Source of the DNA: Antedon mediterranea
Lineage: Eukaryota; Animalia; Echinodermata
Length of the DNA stretch: 64,000 bases
NCBI RefSeq assembly: GCF_964355755.1
Contig: NC_092671.1
Span: 3,472,001-3,536,000, forward strand
Direction of reading: 5' to 3'
Made by a program: the position numbers and the translations under genes. Positions 10,741 to 23,896 of the stretch are shown piece after piece. A model generated the notes under the pieces. That model saw nothing but the letters and a program-made list of their open reading frames with translations. It had not been told where the DNA came from and ran no database searches. Positions within the stretch are counted from its first letter, which is position 1; every line of letters begins with the position of its first letter.

Positions 10741-13700
10741 ATGGCAGTTTTTATTGTGTGTTTTGCTATTCTTCTGTCGCAGCAAATTCAGCCAAGTTTA
10801 ACAGTTACTGGAACATCAAATAAAGGTAGGGACAAACCAGGCAAAAAGTAGATACAGTAGATTAGGCCTACCTTATTGCCTAGGCTAGGCCTAGCATAGG
10901 CATAGGCCTACAGTAAATAGGCCTAGGTCTATGTTCTAGATAGCTTCCAAGGCCTAGGCTAGGCCTAGTAGGATTACTACTTATTACAGAGGTCTAATAA
11001 TAAGGCCTACCTAAGCTTTAATATCAGGGCTTATGTTGTTACACCGTACATGGAGGTATAACAAGGCCATGTACCTGGCTGCAGTCGCGTGCTCAATTTA
11101 GTGTTTACCGACCGACCAATACCCGACCGACATAGTGAGCTTTAGAGTCGCGTTGCACGCGACTAAATGTAAATTTTTTTACCTCCATGCACCGTATAGA
11201 ATAGGCCTATAGCTAAGTCAGACATGGCCTATGCCTAATAATAAATACATTTCTTTTTCAGTAAAAAATAATGAAGACGTAGATACCGAAGCATACATTT
11301 CTAAAACTAATAAAGTTCTTAACAACATCGGGAAAAATAAACAAAAATACAATTTAAAGGAACGTAAACGTAATTTTGGTGACGGGATCACAAAACGCTC
11401 TGGTATTGGTTATAAACTTGATTCTAGCGAAAAGTTTAAGGAACGCGTTAGAACTAAACCTGTTGACAAAATTACAAAACCAGATATTAAGAAGCCCATG
11501 AAAAATAGAAACGAAAACTCATTTGGAAAACAAACCAAAAATACTGGTTATGTTGATGAAACTTTATCAGAATATACGAAGAAGCTTGACAAAATTCTTC
11601 AAAACACTGAAATGAAAAATGAAGTTAAACAGAAAAACGCATTTGGAAAGAAATTAGTAGATAAACTACCGGATCCTAAAGATGATGTCAAAGACGCATT
11701 AGCAGACAGGGAAGAATTGGAATATCAGAGTCAGATAGATTCTATTGTTAAAAAGAAAGAAAACCCTGCAGGCAAAATATACAAAACACCTACAAGAGAC
11801 AAAGATCAAATAAAAAAAATCATATCAAATTTGAAAGATGGCCAAGTTAATGTTGGTAATAACCTAGAAGAAAATAAAGCCACTGCTGAGACAATGAAAA
11901 GTAAGTTAGCTAAGATTCAGAAAAAACAGAGAAAGGATGAAGAGGAGATGGGATCAGTGATTATCTCAAACGACAACACCCAGAAAGCACTGATAGATTT
12001 ATCAATAGACAACGAACTCTTGAAGAACAAGATTGCCGAACTTGCAGACGATAAAATCACTTTGGAGACAGTAAATAAAGCTGTTAAACATGGAGTCGAA
12101 AGAGCTGTGGGAGAGGTGACAAAAAGTGCAAATAAGGTTATAGGAGGACTTGTAAAAGGCTTGAAAGAAGAAGAAACTAAAAACAATGAAATAAATAAGC
12201 AGATACAACGAGCTAGAGAAAAACCACACCAATCAGCTACGTTAAATTCTAACAGTAACTCTGCGTCTGGTTATCATCCCAGGCAATATGAATCTGACAA
12301 AAACCATGCAATGAGAAAAGTTAATAACAAACAGACAAAACATATTCCTAATTTAGGTCCACATCGTGTAAACAAAGAAAGCAAACATTTCGATAAGTCG
12401 TCAGCGTTCCAGCATCAAAATGTTCCTATGCTTACAAAAGAACGTCCACTACAAGACCGCGGGATCCCTCCTAAGCAAATGACTAACCCAGACGACATTG
12501 TGATGGACAATAATGTCTATGATTATGACGGTATCGTTGATCGGAGAGCTTATAATAAATGGATTCAACAAGAAATTATGTCAGAACTCGAAGAAGAGGG
12601 ATATAATAAGCAAAACGATTTTGAAAACAAAAACAGTGTATCGAAATTGCACAATGTTGATAACGTGCAACCAATACACCAACAGTATAAGAAGGGTAAT
12701 GGTATTGACCATTCGAATGAAGTTGGTCCAATGTCTAACAGAGAAGTTGACGCATACAAAGGCCAGCATTCTAATAAGCAGACAGATTTTGAAAACAAAA
12801 ATAGTGTGTCGAAATTGCACAATGTTGATAACGTGCAACCATTACACCAACAGTATAAGACGGGTAATGGCATTGACCATTCGAATAAAGTTGGTCCAAT
12901 GTCTTACAGAGAAGCTGAAGCATACAAAGGCCAGCATTCTAATAAGCAGACAGATGTTGGAAACAAAAATAGTGTATCAAAATTGCACAATGTTGATAAC
13001 GTGCAACCATTACACCAACAGTATAAGAAGGGTAGTGGCATTGACCATTCGAATAAAGTTGGTCCAATGTCTTACAGAGAAGCTGAAGCATACCCATACA
13101 AAGGCCAGCATTCTAATAAGCAGACAGATTTTGGAAACAAAAATAGTGTGTCGAAATGGCACAATGTTGACAACGTGCAACCATTACACCAACAGTATAA
13201 GAAGGGTAATGGCATTGACCATTCGAATAAAGTTGGTCCAATGTCTTACAGAGAAGCCGACGCATACAAAGGTCAGCATTCTCGAAGTAATAAGGAGGTA
13301 AAAAATGAACATCGCTTGCCTTCCCGAAGTGACCAAATGACCAATAAACGTCAATGGTCACAGGTGAGAGTAACAAACAACGATGCCGATAAACCTAAAC
13401 AAATCTATAACCATCGAGGTAGAAGTAAATATACGCATCAAAAGTTAAAGGGTAATGGGTCTGAAAATGACTTTGAAAATAGTGAATTTATAGATGATTT
13501 TGCAGATGTTGTTCCGCCGAAGGCAAGGCTATGGCCAGCTCATCAGAATGATCGTAACCAACAAAAAGGAATTAACCGGCATTGGTTAGATAAAGCCATT
13601 GTTCCATTGAAAGGTGTACTTAATGCCAGTAGTGACGATGAAAATAAGTTGTTAGGTCACATTGAAGATATTATTTTACCAAATATTGAAGAAAACACTC

Positions 13701-16700
13701 CGTTGTTAGAAACTACAATTCAAAATGCTCAAGGTGTTGACGATACCACGACGCCTGTTGCGTTTCAAACACCAATGGCAATGGAACCAATGATTGGTAA
13801 GCATGATGAAAAGGATATGAATGGTGTAAATGAACGGGCAACACTTTTGCCAAAGATAGAGATTACTAACCAGTGGCTTGATGATGCGATCACAGTTCTT
13901 TCGAACAAAGATAAGTCATCGTATCGAGACCACATTTCAGAACAATTACATCAGATGTTCTCCTCAGCAGCAGCAGGTACTGATAATGTTCAAGAGAAAG
14001 AACTGCTGAATCGGGTGATAGACGTTATAGCACCACGTACCACTGAATGGTACCCAAATACCTCCATTAGCAAAAGAGTCAATAATGAACGAGCAACACC
14101 TCTACTAAATATAGAGATTACTAACCATTGGCTTGATGATGCGATTACAGTTCTTTCGAACAAAGACAAGTCGTCGTATCGAGACCACATTTTAGAACAA
14201 TTACATCAGATGTTCTCAGCAGCAGCAGCAGCAGGTACTGATAATGTTCAAGAGAAAGAACTGCTGAATCGGGTGATAGACGTTATAGCACCACGTACCA
14301 CTGAATGGTACACAAATACCTCCATTAGCAAAAGAGTCCATAATGAACGAGCAACACCTTTACTAAATATGGAGATTACTAACCAGTGGCTTGATGATGC
14401 GATTACAGTTCTTTCGAACAAAGACAATTCATCGTATCGAGACCACATTTTAGAAAAATTACATCAGATGTTCTCAGCAGTAGCAGCAGGTACTGATAAT
14501 GTTCAAGAGAAAGAACTGCTGAATCGGGTGATAGACGTTATAGGACCACGTACCACTGAATGGTACACAAATACCTCCATTAGCAAAAGAGTCCATAATG
14601 AACGAGCAACACCTTTACTAAATATGGAGATTACTAACCAGTGGCTTGATGATGCGATTACAGTTCTTTCGAACAAAGACAATTCATCTTATCGAGACCA
14701 CATTTTAGAAAAATTACATCAGATGTTTTCAGCAGTAGCAGCAGGTACTGATAATGTTCAAGAGAAAGAACTGCTGAATCGGGTGATAGACGTTATAGGA
14801 CCACGTACCACTGAATGGTACCCAAATACCTCCATTAGCAAAAGAGTCCATAATGAACGAGCAACACCTTTACCAAATATGGAGATTACTAACCAGTGGC
14901 TTGATGATGCGATTACAGTTCTTTCGAACAAAGACAAGTCATCGTATCGAGACCACATTTTAGAACAATTACATCAGATGTTCTCAGAAGCAGCAGGAAG
15001 TACTGATAATGTTCAAGAGAAAGAACTGCTGAATCGAGTGATAGACGTTATTTTACCACGTTTCACCGAATGGTACCCAAATACCTCCATTAGCAAAAGA
15101 GTCAATAATGAACGAGCAACACCTTTACCAAATATGGAGATTACTAACCAGTGGCTTGATGATGCGATTACAGTTCTTTCGAACAAAGACAATTCATCGT
15201 ATCGAGACCACATTTTAGAAAAATTACATCAGATGTTTTCAGCAGTAGCAGCAGGTACTGATAATGTTCAAGAGAAAGAACTGCTTAATCGAGTGATAGA
15301 CGTTATTTTACCACGTTCCACCGAATGGTACCCAAATAGCTCTATTAGCATCGAACCTTATACTCAAGAGACACTTAAACAATTAGTTTCAAACAATAAG
15401 GTTGCAGTAACAAGGGCTAAAGAGAAAAAATCTCCAGGGCAACAATTACTGAACTATATTGAAGAAGCTCTTTTATCAACGGACAACAACAAATCTGAGA
15501 CATTTGACGTGCTTCTTAGACATATGAAGAATATGATTGAAAGAGCCATCAAAGTAAACCATACAGGTGGTATGGTTATGGATGTACAAAATCTTCTACT
15601 AGACACTTTATATGATGTTGATGGTTTACCCGAATACAGTACAGCTCAGATGCTAACACAACCAAACGTTGGTAAGCCTGATGAAAAGGATATGAATGGT
15701 GACAATGAACTAGTAACACCATTACTAAAGATGGCAATTACTAACCATTGGCTCGATGATGCGATTACCGTCCTTTCTAACAACGACATCTCAGCGTATA
15801 GAGACCACATTTTGGACCAATTACGTCAGATGTTCTCAGAAGAAACAGGTACTGATAATCTTCAAGAAAAAGAATTGCTGAATCGGGTGATAAACGTTAT
15901 TGCACCACGTACTACGGAACAATATCCATTTAGTACCAATAGCAAGGACCCTGATCTTGAACAGACACAACCACCATTGACAAGCAATATAATTGGAAAA
16001 ACACAAGACATACAAAAATGGGTGGATACCTTCATGGACCCTTTATCGAATAAAAATGTCCAGAATTCTAAAGTTGATGGTGAGACTTTGTCAAAGTTAA
16101 ACAATTTACTTCAAGAAACTCCTACAGATCAGTATGCATTATACCCTTTACAAAGAGTTACGGCATCATCAGGTGAATCATCGTCATCAGGTAAACAAGA
16201 AAATATTCATACTGTTGAACCAAATCGTATTGATGTAGAAGTCATCAAGCCAACAGAACTACTACTAGAGAGTTCAGGAACACTTAAGCAATCAAACGAA
16301 TTATGGGTTAACAATTTTGTAAATTCTATCCCAGAGAAAGGAAGAAATAAAGACACTGCACTTACTGGCGAAATTTTAGAAAAACTATCAAAATTGAATT
16401 ATTTACTGGAAAGTACAATTAATCCTGATATTAAACCGAACCCTCTTCACCATCGTGATATATCCTCCAAGGAAGTCACGAGTAAAAGTAGTATATCGGA
16501 ATTCACTAAATCTATGGTAACACACGGTTATAACAAGCCAACAGAATCACCAATGGAGAGTACATTAAGGTACGAAGAAAAATCATATGAGGAATGGGTT
16601 GATACCTTTGTCAGTGCTATTCCTGAGACTCAAGGAGACGCTATGCTTATAAATGAAACTATTTCAAAGTTAAACGATTTACTTGAAAGCACACACAATC

Positions 16701-19700
16701 CTGACAATATTCTTCGTCACGATACATCTATTGAAGAAGTCACAGAAGGCGTCAAAGGCAAAACTATCGTATCAACAAATGATCAGAACATGGTAACACA
16801 GCACATTGAAGGTTATATCAAGCCAGCAGATGTACCAATGGAAACCACAGAAAGAAGTGTAGAAGACTCAAGTGGTGAATGGGTTGATAAACTTTTCAAT
16901 GCTTTTCCCGAGACAGAAACTAATGTGAACTCTAATAATACTTTAGAAACTTTATCACAACTAAATGACTTATTTCAAAGCACAAGTAATCCTGCTAATC
17001 CACATACTTACAGTACATCCTTTACAAAAGTCAACATAAAAGCTACTAAACACTTGGTAACTCAACGCATAGATAATTATACCAAGCCAACAAAGTCACC
17101 AATAGAGACTACAGGAAGGCACGTAAACGAATCAAATCAGGAATTATGGGTTGATACTTTTGTCAATGCTATTCCTGAGAAAGGAAGTCAAGAAGTCGAT
17201 GTGCATAATAAAACATTAGCAAATCTGTCAAAATTAAATGGTTTTCTTCAAAGTAAATCTGTTAATACATTGAATCTCCCTTCTCTTCACCATGACACAA
17301 CCACTAAAAATGTCACCGAAAGTGTTGTCGACATACCACCAACTACAGAGTACATGCTGATTGAAGCGATAGAGCCACCAATTAAGAGTACAGGAATACC
17401 TGTAGAAGAATCAAATAATGACTGGGTTGAAAATCTTGTCAACTCCATTCCTGAGAAAGGATTTCAAGGAGGCGATATGCGTAATAATAAAACATTAGCA
17501 ACTCTGTCAAAATTAAATGGTCTTCTTCAAAGTGAACCTGTTAATACATTAAATCTCCCTCCTCTTCACCATGACACAGCCAATAAAAATGTCACAAATG
17601 GTGTTGTCGACAAAATGAATACACCACCAACCACAGAGTACATGCTGATTCAACCGATACAGCCACCGATGAAGAGTACAGAAATAGCTGTAGAAGAAAC
17701 AAATAATGACTGGGTTGAAAATATTGTCAACGCTATTCCTGAGAAAGGAAGTGAAGGAGGCGATGTGCGTAATAATAAAACATTAGCAACTCTTTCCAAA
17801 TTAAATGATCTTCTTCAAAGTGAATCTGTTAATACATTGAAACTCCCTCCTCTTGACCATGACACAGCCACTAAATATGTAACCGAAGGTGTTGTCGACA
17901 AAATGAATACACCATCAACTACAGAGAAAATGCTGATTGAACCAAAGGAGCCACCAATGAAGAGTTCAGGGATTCCTGCGGAAGAATCAAATAATGACTG
18001 GGTTGAAAATATTGTCAACGCTATTCCTGAGAAAGGAAGTACAGGAGACGATGTACTTACAAATAAAACGTTGACAACTCTATCACAATTAAACGAGTTC
18101 TTTCGGAACACACCTAATCCAGTTCCTCCCCTTCGGCATGATGCATCCGTTACAGAAGTCCCGAAGGTTGAGATTGCTGATAAAAGTACCATAGTGACAA
18201 TTACTGAGCCCATGGATGCAGTTGGGATGAAAGTGTATAAACCAGTTGAAGCAACGAATATCATTTTAAGTACAACCAACCAAATGACAAAAAAAATTCC
18301 TCACGATACAGACGTTCAAGTAGTTAAGGCTCCTGAAAGTAGTATTATAGGTCAACTGACAACTGCTGAGACCATGAAAGTAGTTGAATTGAAAAAAGTA
18401 TATAAGCCAACTGAAAGTACAACCAACCAAATAACAACAGTAAAGTATACTGATAATACGTTTCAACCTTTTACGCATCATGTTCCAGAAATCCAAGCAG
18501 CTGAAGTTACTGACAACTTTATTGTGCTGAAAGCTACTCAGCCTTCTACCGAGGTAGGGTTGAATAAAATGTACAAACCAAGTGAAGCGACTGCTCCCAT
18601 CTTAAGTAGGCCTACAGCCGTCAATATACCAATAGAATCTGATTTATTTCGTAACACTCATGCCAATAAACCTCCTTCAGAAACAGTTAGATTGGAAAAA
18701 GAACATCAACCAACTGAAGCAACCGATGCAATCGACCATATTGCGACAGGATATGTAGGGAAAACAAACCCAGTAGAATGGGTTGAGCCTCTCATTAAAC
18801 AAATGGAAAGTAATTTGAGATCTGAGAATACTAATGAATACTTTGAAACTCTCTCGAAGGTAAACGGTTTATTGCAAGTAACTGTACCGGATGGTAAAAT
18901 ATCTCAAGTTAAACCGGTTTTCAAAGAAACTTCGTCTTTCAAAAATGTGTCAATTGAGTACGTTGGCACAGTTTCAAATAAACTAAAAACGGTCGAGTCA
19001 ATCTCGAAAGAGAGTGTGGTGCCGTTGCCAAACAGTCAAGAAGAAGTTATACCAGAAGTATTAAGTAAACCAATAGCCAATCAACATACTAACACGCGCC
19101 TTTTGAAGAATGACACATTGATGAAAAATTTGGTACAGAATTTGACAAAAATTCGCCATAAAAAAGTACAAGTTTTTCATGAATCTGACAAATCTCGCAA
19201 AGTAGCTAACGATATCAATCCGCTGAGTGATCTACGTAATAATCTGCATTTGAGAGAAAAACAAGTTATAGATAACCTAAGAAATCTAGTTCAGCCTAAA
19301 AGCGAAGGCCTTTATGATCTATTAAAGCCGGGTAATACATTACCTACGACTGAAAGAATAAACAAGAATGTAGCTCGTACAGTACTTCCTAAGACGAATA
19401 GTGTCATTGAAACATTTGAAGATATATTTCAAACAAATTCAAAACAAGGCGAAGAAAAAAAAGGCAAAAATAATGATTTTATTGGAAGTGTTTTAAAACC
19501 GTTTGATGAGAAACCTGTACTAAATTCAAATGTAGACGATGTAGAAATAACAGAATACGAACATATATCCACCACGAAGGAGGCAAAGCCCGTTGATAAG
19601 GTTAACCCCGTTCGTGGTCCTCAGCTATCGTCAGAGACGCTCTACAGACAGCCATCTGGAGTTATTAATGCAGTACATATAGAAGATGTCAGAAGTCAAA

Positions 19701-22700
19701 CGAATCTTGAAGCAGTAAAGTCATTATATTCAGATGAAATGGTAACATCAAATTATGTAAAAATTACAGCAGTGGATGAGAAAGTTGTCACTGACGTTGT
19801 AGAAAACGTTGTGTTGGATGTCGTAAACGAAAAAGAAATACAACGAACCTCGGAATCAGATTCAGCAGAATTTGCTAAAACACTGCTGATGCCACCAGGA
19901 CTTGTACCATCTGTACAACAAACACTAGATAGAGTAGAACAAGGTTTAGATCTTAATTCTCAATTGAATCCACTTAGTAATGGAGGAAATTGGAGAAGCA
20001 GAATGTATTCAAGAAAAGGGAAAAAGAAGATACCATTGAGTTTATCACCTGTGGACATTTCTAAATTGGGTTCTGTTGAAGAGAAACGCATTTCGGAAAA
20101 TGGCGGACGTGTGGAGACGACTAGGCCTACTGTCACGACAACTAGGCCTACCACACCCAAGATAGTTTTATTGGAAGTGAATACTGACAGATCGTCTTAT
20201 GCAAGACAATCACCGCATAATGGAGAATACATTATCATTAATAACGAAGACAATGGCGTCAATTTGGAATCAGAAACCATTTCTGTGGCAAGAGACAATC
20301 CAGACTTAGTCCCGCAATCTGGTGTATCTGGAAAAGGTCCGGGAACTAGAATTAACGATTACAAATCTGGGTTTTACGATGGGTTCAGAATGGCTATCGA
20401 TTCAAACACTGAAATTAGACAATTGCAAGAACAACAGAGTATAAGGACACGCGAAGAAGAGCTAGTTTCGGCACTACAGGGACAACATTTCCAGAACAAA
20501 AAACCGTTTAACAACGTTGTCATAAAAAATACTATTGTTGGTGGTCTTCCTAAGCATAGAAATAATATTGAACAACAAATTGATGGCAATAATAAGGATA
20601 TAAGTTCCTCCATGACGTCACAGATATTAACGGAATGGGGGAGGTGGTCAGAATGTTCGGGATCTTGCGGAATTGGATACAGCAAGCGTCATCGATCGTG
20701 TCTTGTTTTGGATAGATGTTATGGGAAAACTATGGAAACCAAACGGTGCAGCCTACAGCCATGTCCAGGTACGTAAGTTGGCAATGAATTCCGACACGTT
20801 TACGTTACACGCCTCTATACACGTTTACATGTCATCAACTAATCACTAATTGGAAGTATCACAGTATGTTGAGGTCTGCTCTAATATTTTATGTGTATTG
20901 TGTAGTTGTATGGGGCGACTGGGCATCATGGAGCGCATGCTCAGCAACGTGTGGTGTAGGTTTTGCAGACAGAAGGCGAACTTGTTTTCGCCGTAAAGGT
21001 GTAGCACAAGAGACATGCAATGGATACGATGTTGAAAATCGTGAATGTTATTTAACGGCATGCAAAAAACATAACAGTAAGTTCTCTTATGTTGTCAAAA
21101 CAGTTACAAAAATAGTACACATTTGTGCGCATGAGTAAATGTAATTGTATGCACGTCACCGATGAATATTCATCACAATAGAAACCAAAGCTCTGTCTAC
21201 ACTGTCTATATGTGCCAAAAAATGTGATGTACCCATGCGCGATGACATCGTATCACTATCATGTTTGGGCACATCACACTTTTGATAGTGTGGGCGGAGC
21301 TTAAAATACAAAATTACACAGATTTATAAAAATTTTCTTTTAGATTCATTGTCAACCCTAGAAGGATTTCTAATTGCAGCTCCGTTCATCGGAATGTCGA
21401 TGTTGGCTTTTGTATTCATTATAGCAAAATATTGCATAAAGAGAAGGTAAGTGTTTTGTCATCAGTTTCCTCAACAATATGGTTATTGTAACGGCTTAAC
21501 TGTAACTGAAAACACACCCGATTCTGCAGCTTGATTGATAGATCGTAACTGACTATTGAGAGTTATCTAGATACGAATATTGTGCCAAACATTGGCAAGT
21601 TGGTACTACATTCAAATGCATATTTTGTAGGCTCTAGGCTTACAATCGTTATGCCATCTTTAATTTCTTGTTTTCTTAAATATTGTTTTTTTATTTGAAT
21701 AACTTTTACAGAAACTCATTGAAAAATCGTCAGGTGGATTCGTCACCGAAAGAATATGACTATCGGAGTTCTCCTGTAAATTCTATAAATTCTTTCTCGA
21801 ATGACAGTCACGTAAAAGTCAAACGCAGCCAATCTGTTACGAAGGCAAAACGAAGTAATTCAGCTGTAACACGAGGCGAACGTTCGTTTGTAAACGTAAG
21901 CGCGCCTACGGGTTACTATAAGAAGAACGTCCGTAACAATGAAAAAATTCAACGTGAAACAATGCGTTATACGCATTACGATGGAGATAGACGTGATAAT
22001 AAAGAAAAGAGGAAGGTAAGCTCGGAATTCCAGAGGATTAAAACAACGAGGCCACGCCCTACGAGTAATATATACGAAAACTATTGTGGAGATTACCAAG
22101 ATAGTCATTTGCCAGAACGCGAAAACTTTAAAATCCCTGGCAGTATTCCGCTCTCTGATACCCGTCTCAGACAACCAGTACACACGTCACATATGAAACA
22201 GACATCAGTAAATGGAGGTCGTGAATCAGCAGGAAATCGTGTGAATACAGATCATCAACTGTCTCGTCATTCATCGAAAAAATCAGTAAAGATGAGACAT
22301 CATCCATCGCAGACTTCTTCTGAATGTTTTCAATTTGATAAACAAATGCATTTACCAAAATCTGTCAAAATTAAGGAAGAGCATACACTCTCTAGTTTAC
22401 AGGACATGCGGACAGTCAAAGGCAGTATGTCCAAGGAATCTCTTAGAAATTCAGATTACTACTTTTTGCCAATAAAAAACGAAACAAATCAAGCACAACA
22501 TAAACTGACACGTAATACTAGCTCTTCGTTAAAAACTTCAAATGTTAGCCATTTGAAATCTGAATCAACACTTAACTCTGGAAAACACAGACAACAACCT
22601 GTCCGCCAAAACCTTCCTCGACCAAAATTGTCATTGTACCGAGATGAACCTCGTCTATTCAACGATAGAACGGAGTTACCAATGGCTGACACACTAACAA

Positions 22701-23896
22701 GGGCGTTATCGGTAGCTTTAGCTACACAGGAGATACGCACCGATGTAACACCACAACTTTCCGAACAAGAAACAAGAATGTTGAAAGCAAAGACGAATGG
22801 ATCAATACAGAGTAGAAATGGAAATAGAAAAGGACGCATTCGATCGCACACATCTACCAACAAATATGACAATAGTGCGAGGTCGCATAATACTTTTCGG
22901 AAATCGTACTCAGTTTTATCAGTGAACACACGAGATATAAAACCGACACGTTTTGATGACGTAACCAATTTGCAATCAGTATCCAATAATGAGAGATCTA
23001 ATGAATTAACTTTGGAAGTTGACAAGCATGATCAACAAAATGGAATAAAACATGATACATCAAACTCGCGAGTACCTACAATAAACTCTCGAGTACCTTC
23101 TTCAAACTCGCGAGTACCTACAACAAACTCGCAAGTATCTACACCTAACTCGGGAGTAGCAACATCAAACTTACGTGTGCCGACATCAAAGTCGCAAGTA
23201 CCTACACCAAACCTGCGAGTACCTACATCAAACTCGCGGGTACCTACATCAAACTCGTCAGTAGGAGGAGAACAACAGACGGCATATAGACAAGAACCCA
23301 ACAGGTTGTCAGATGAAAGGTATAAGCCATTCCAACGAGAAGATGCCGATAATGACACCAGTCCGTCGAACGCCCACAATAAAAGCTTACAAGGTTCCCC
23401 CTCAAATGAACACGATTTGACGGGGATTATTTCATCAAGTCATATACCAAAGACATCGACACCAATTTCTGCAAGGAGAACATTTAATTCCGAGAAGAGA
23501 CATTTAAGTTCTAAACAAGATCCAAGAAATGTTAAAGAGGATTCGAAGAAAAGAGTTCAATTAGATGGTGAAATAAAAACAAACGATACATATCCTCCAG
23601 ATGTAAACCATACAGATTTCGTAAACTTCTGTCAATGGAAACATTCTTTGTCAAATAATGGGACTCAAAATGGCGGTTCTTTGTCAAATAATGGGACTCA
23701 AAATGGCGGTTGTAACAAAATTAAAAACCCAGACAGTATACAATCCGAATTGTTGTTATCGACCACAGAAGAACAACAGAATCGTGTACATAAATACTTC
23801 GGATTGGCTTCGGATTTATCAAGTGAACTTAGTAGTGATGGTGAATGCTTTTTCTCAGTTCCAAGTTCTTGTCAGGATTTGACAGAATTACCTTAA
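10741..23896 (+). CDS. Giant repeat-rich type I transmembrane protein with two TSP1 domains, ~4,016 aa
   Basis: Exons 10741-10825 (signal peptide MAVFIVCFAILLSQQIQPSLT), 11262-20768 (9,507 bp, ends in TSP1 WGRWSECSGSCGIGYSKRHRSC...CSLQPC), 20906-21076 (TSP1 WGDWASWSACSATCGVG), 21344-21446 (TM helix GFLIAAPFIGMSMLAFVFIIA then KYCIKRR) and 21712-23896 (S/T/N/R-rich tail). All junctions GT-AG with phases 1,1,1,2; CDS 12,051 nt. Confidence 0.85.
11060..11168 (-). mobile_element. Short HINE-like element inside a CATGGAGGTA hairpin element
   Basis: acaaggcc...agtcgcgtgc...(ccga)n catagtgag...gagtcgcgttgcacgcgactaaa; flanked by catggaggtata (11050) and tacctccatg (11180-11189). Confidence 0.6.
12605..13283 (+). 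repeat. Coding tandem repeat, 168 bp (56 aa) x4
   Basis: NKQTDFENKNSVSKLHNVDNVQPLHQQYKKGNGIDHSNKVGPMSYREAEAYKGQHS repeated four times, one copy with a 2-aa insertion. Confidence 0.95.
13830..15350 (+). repeat. Coding tandem repeat, 255 bp (85 aa) x6, plus a diverged 7th copy near 15705-15930
   Basis: NERATPLLNMEITNQWLDDAITVLSNKDNSSYRDHILEKLHQMFSAVAAGTDNVQEKELLNRVIDVIGPRTTEWYPNTSISKRV, near-identical at DNA level. Confidence 0.95.
23059..23258 (+). repeat. Coding 21-bp heptad repeat (SNSRVPT) x9-10 in the cytoplasmic tail
   Basis: tcaaactcgcgagtacctaca variants in tandem. Confidence 0.9.

Noticed and set aside
11231-11261. ORF-track start MPNNKYISFS for the 3181-aa ORF
   Set aside because: It lies in the polypyrimidine tract of an acceptor (ttctttttcag); the upstream exon 10741-10825 supplies an in-phase signal peptide.
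11917-20685. Antisense and alternate-frame ORFs within the giant exon
   Set aside because: They repeat with the coding repeats and show no independent domain signal.
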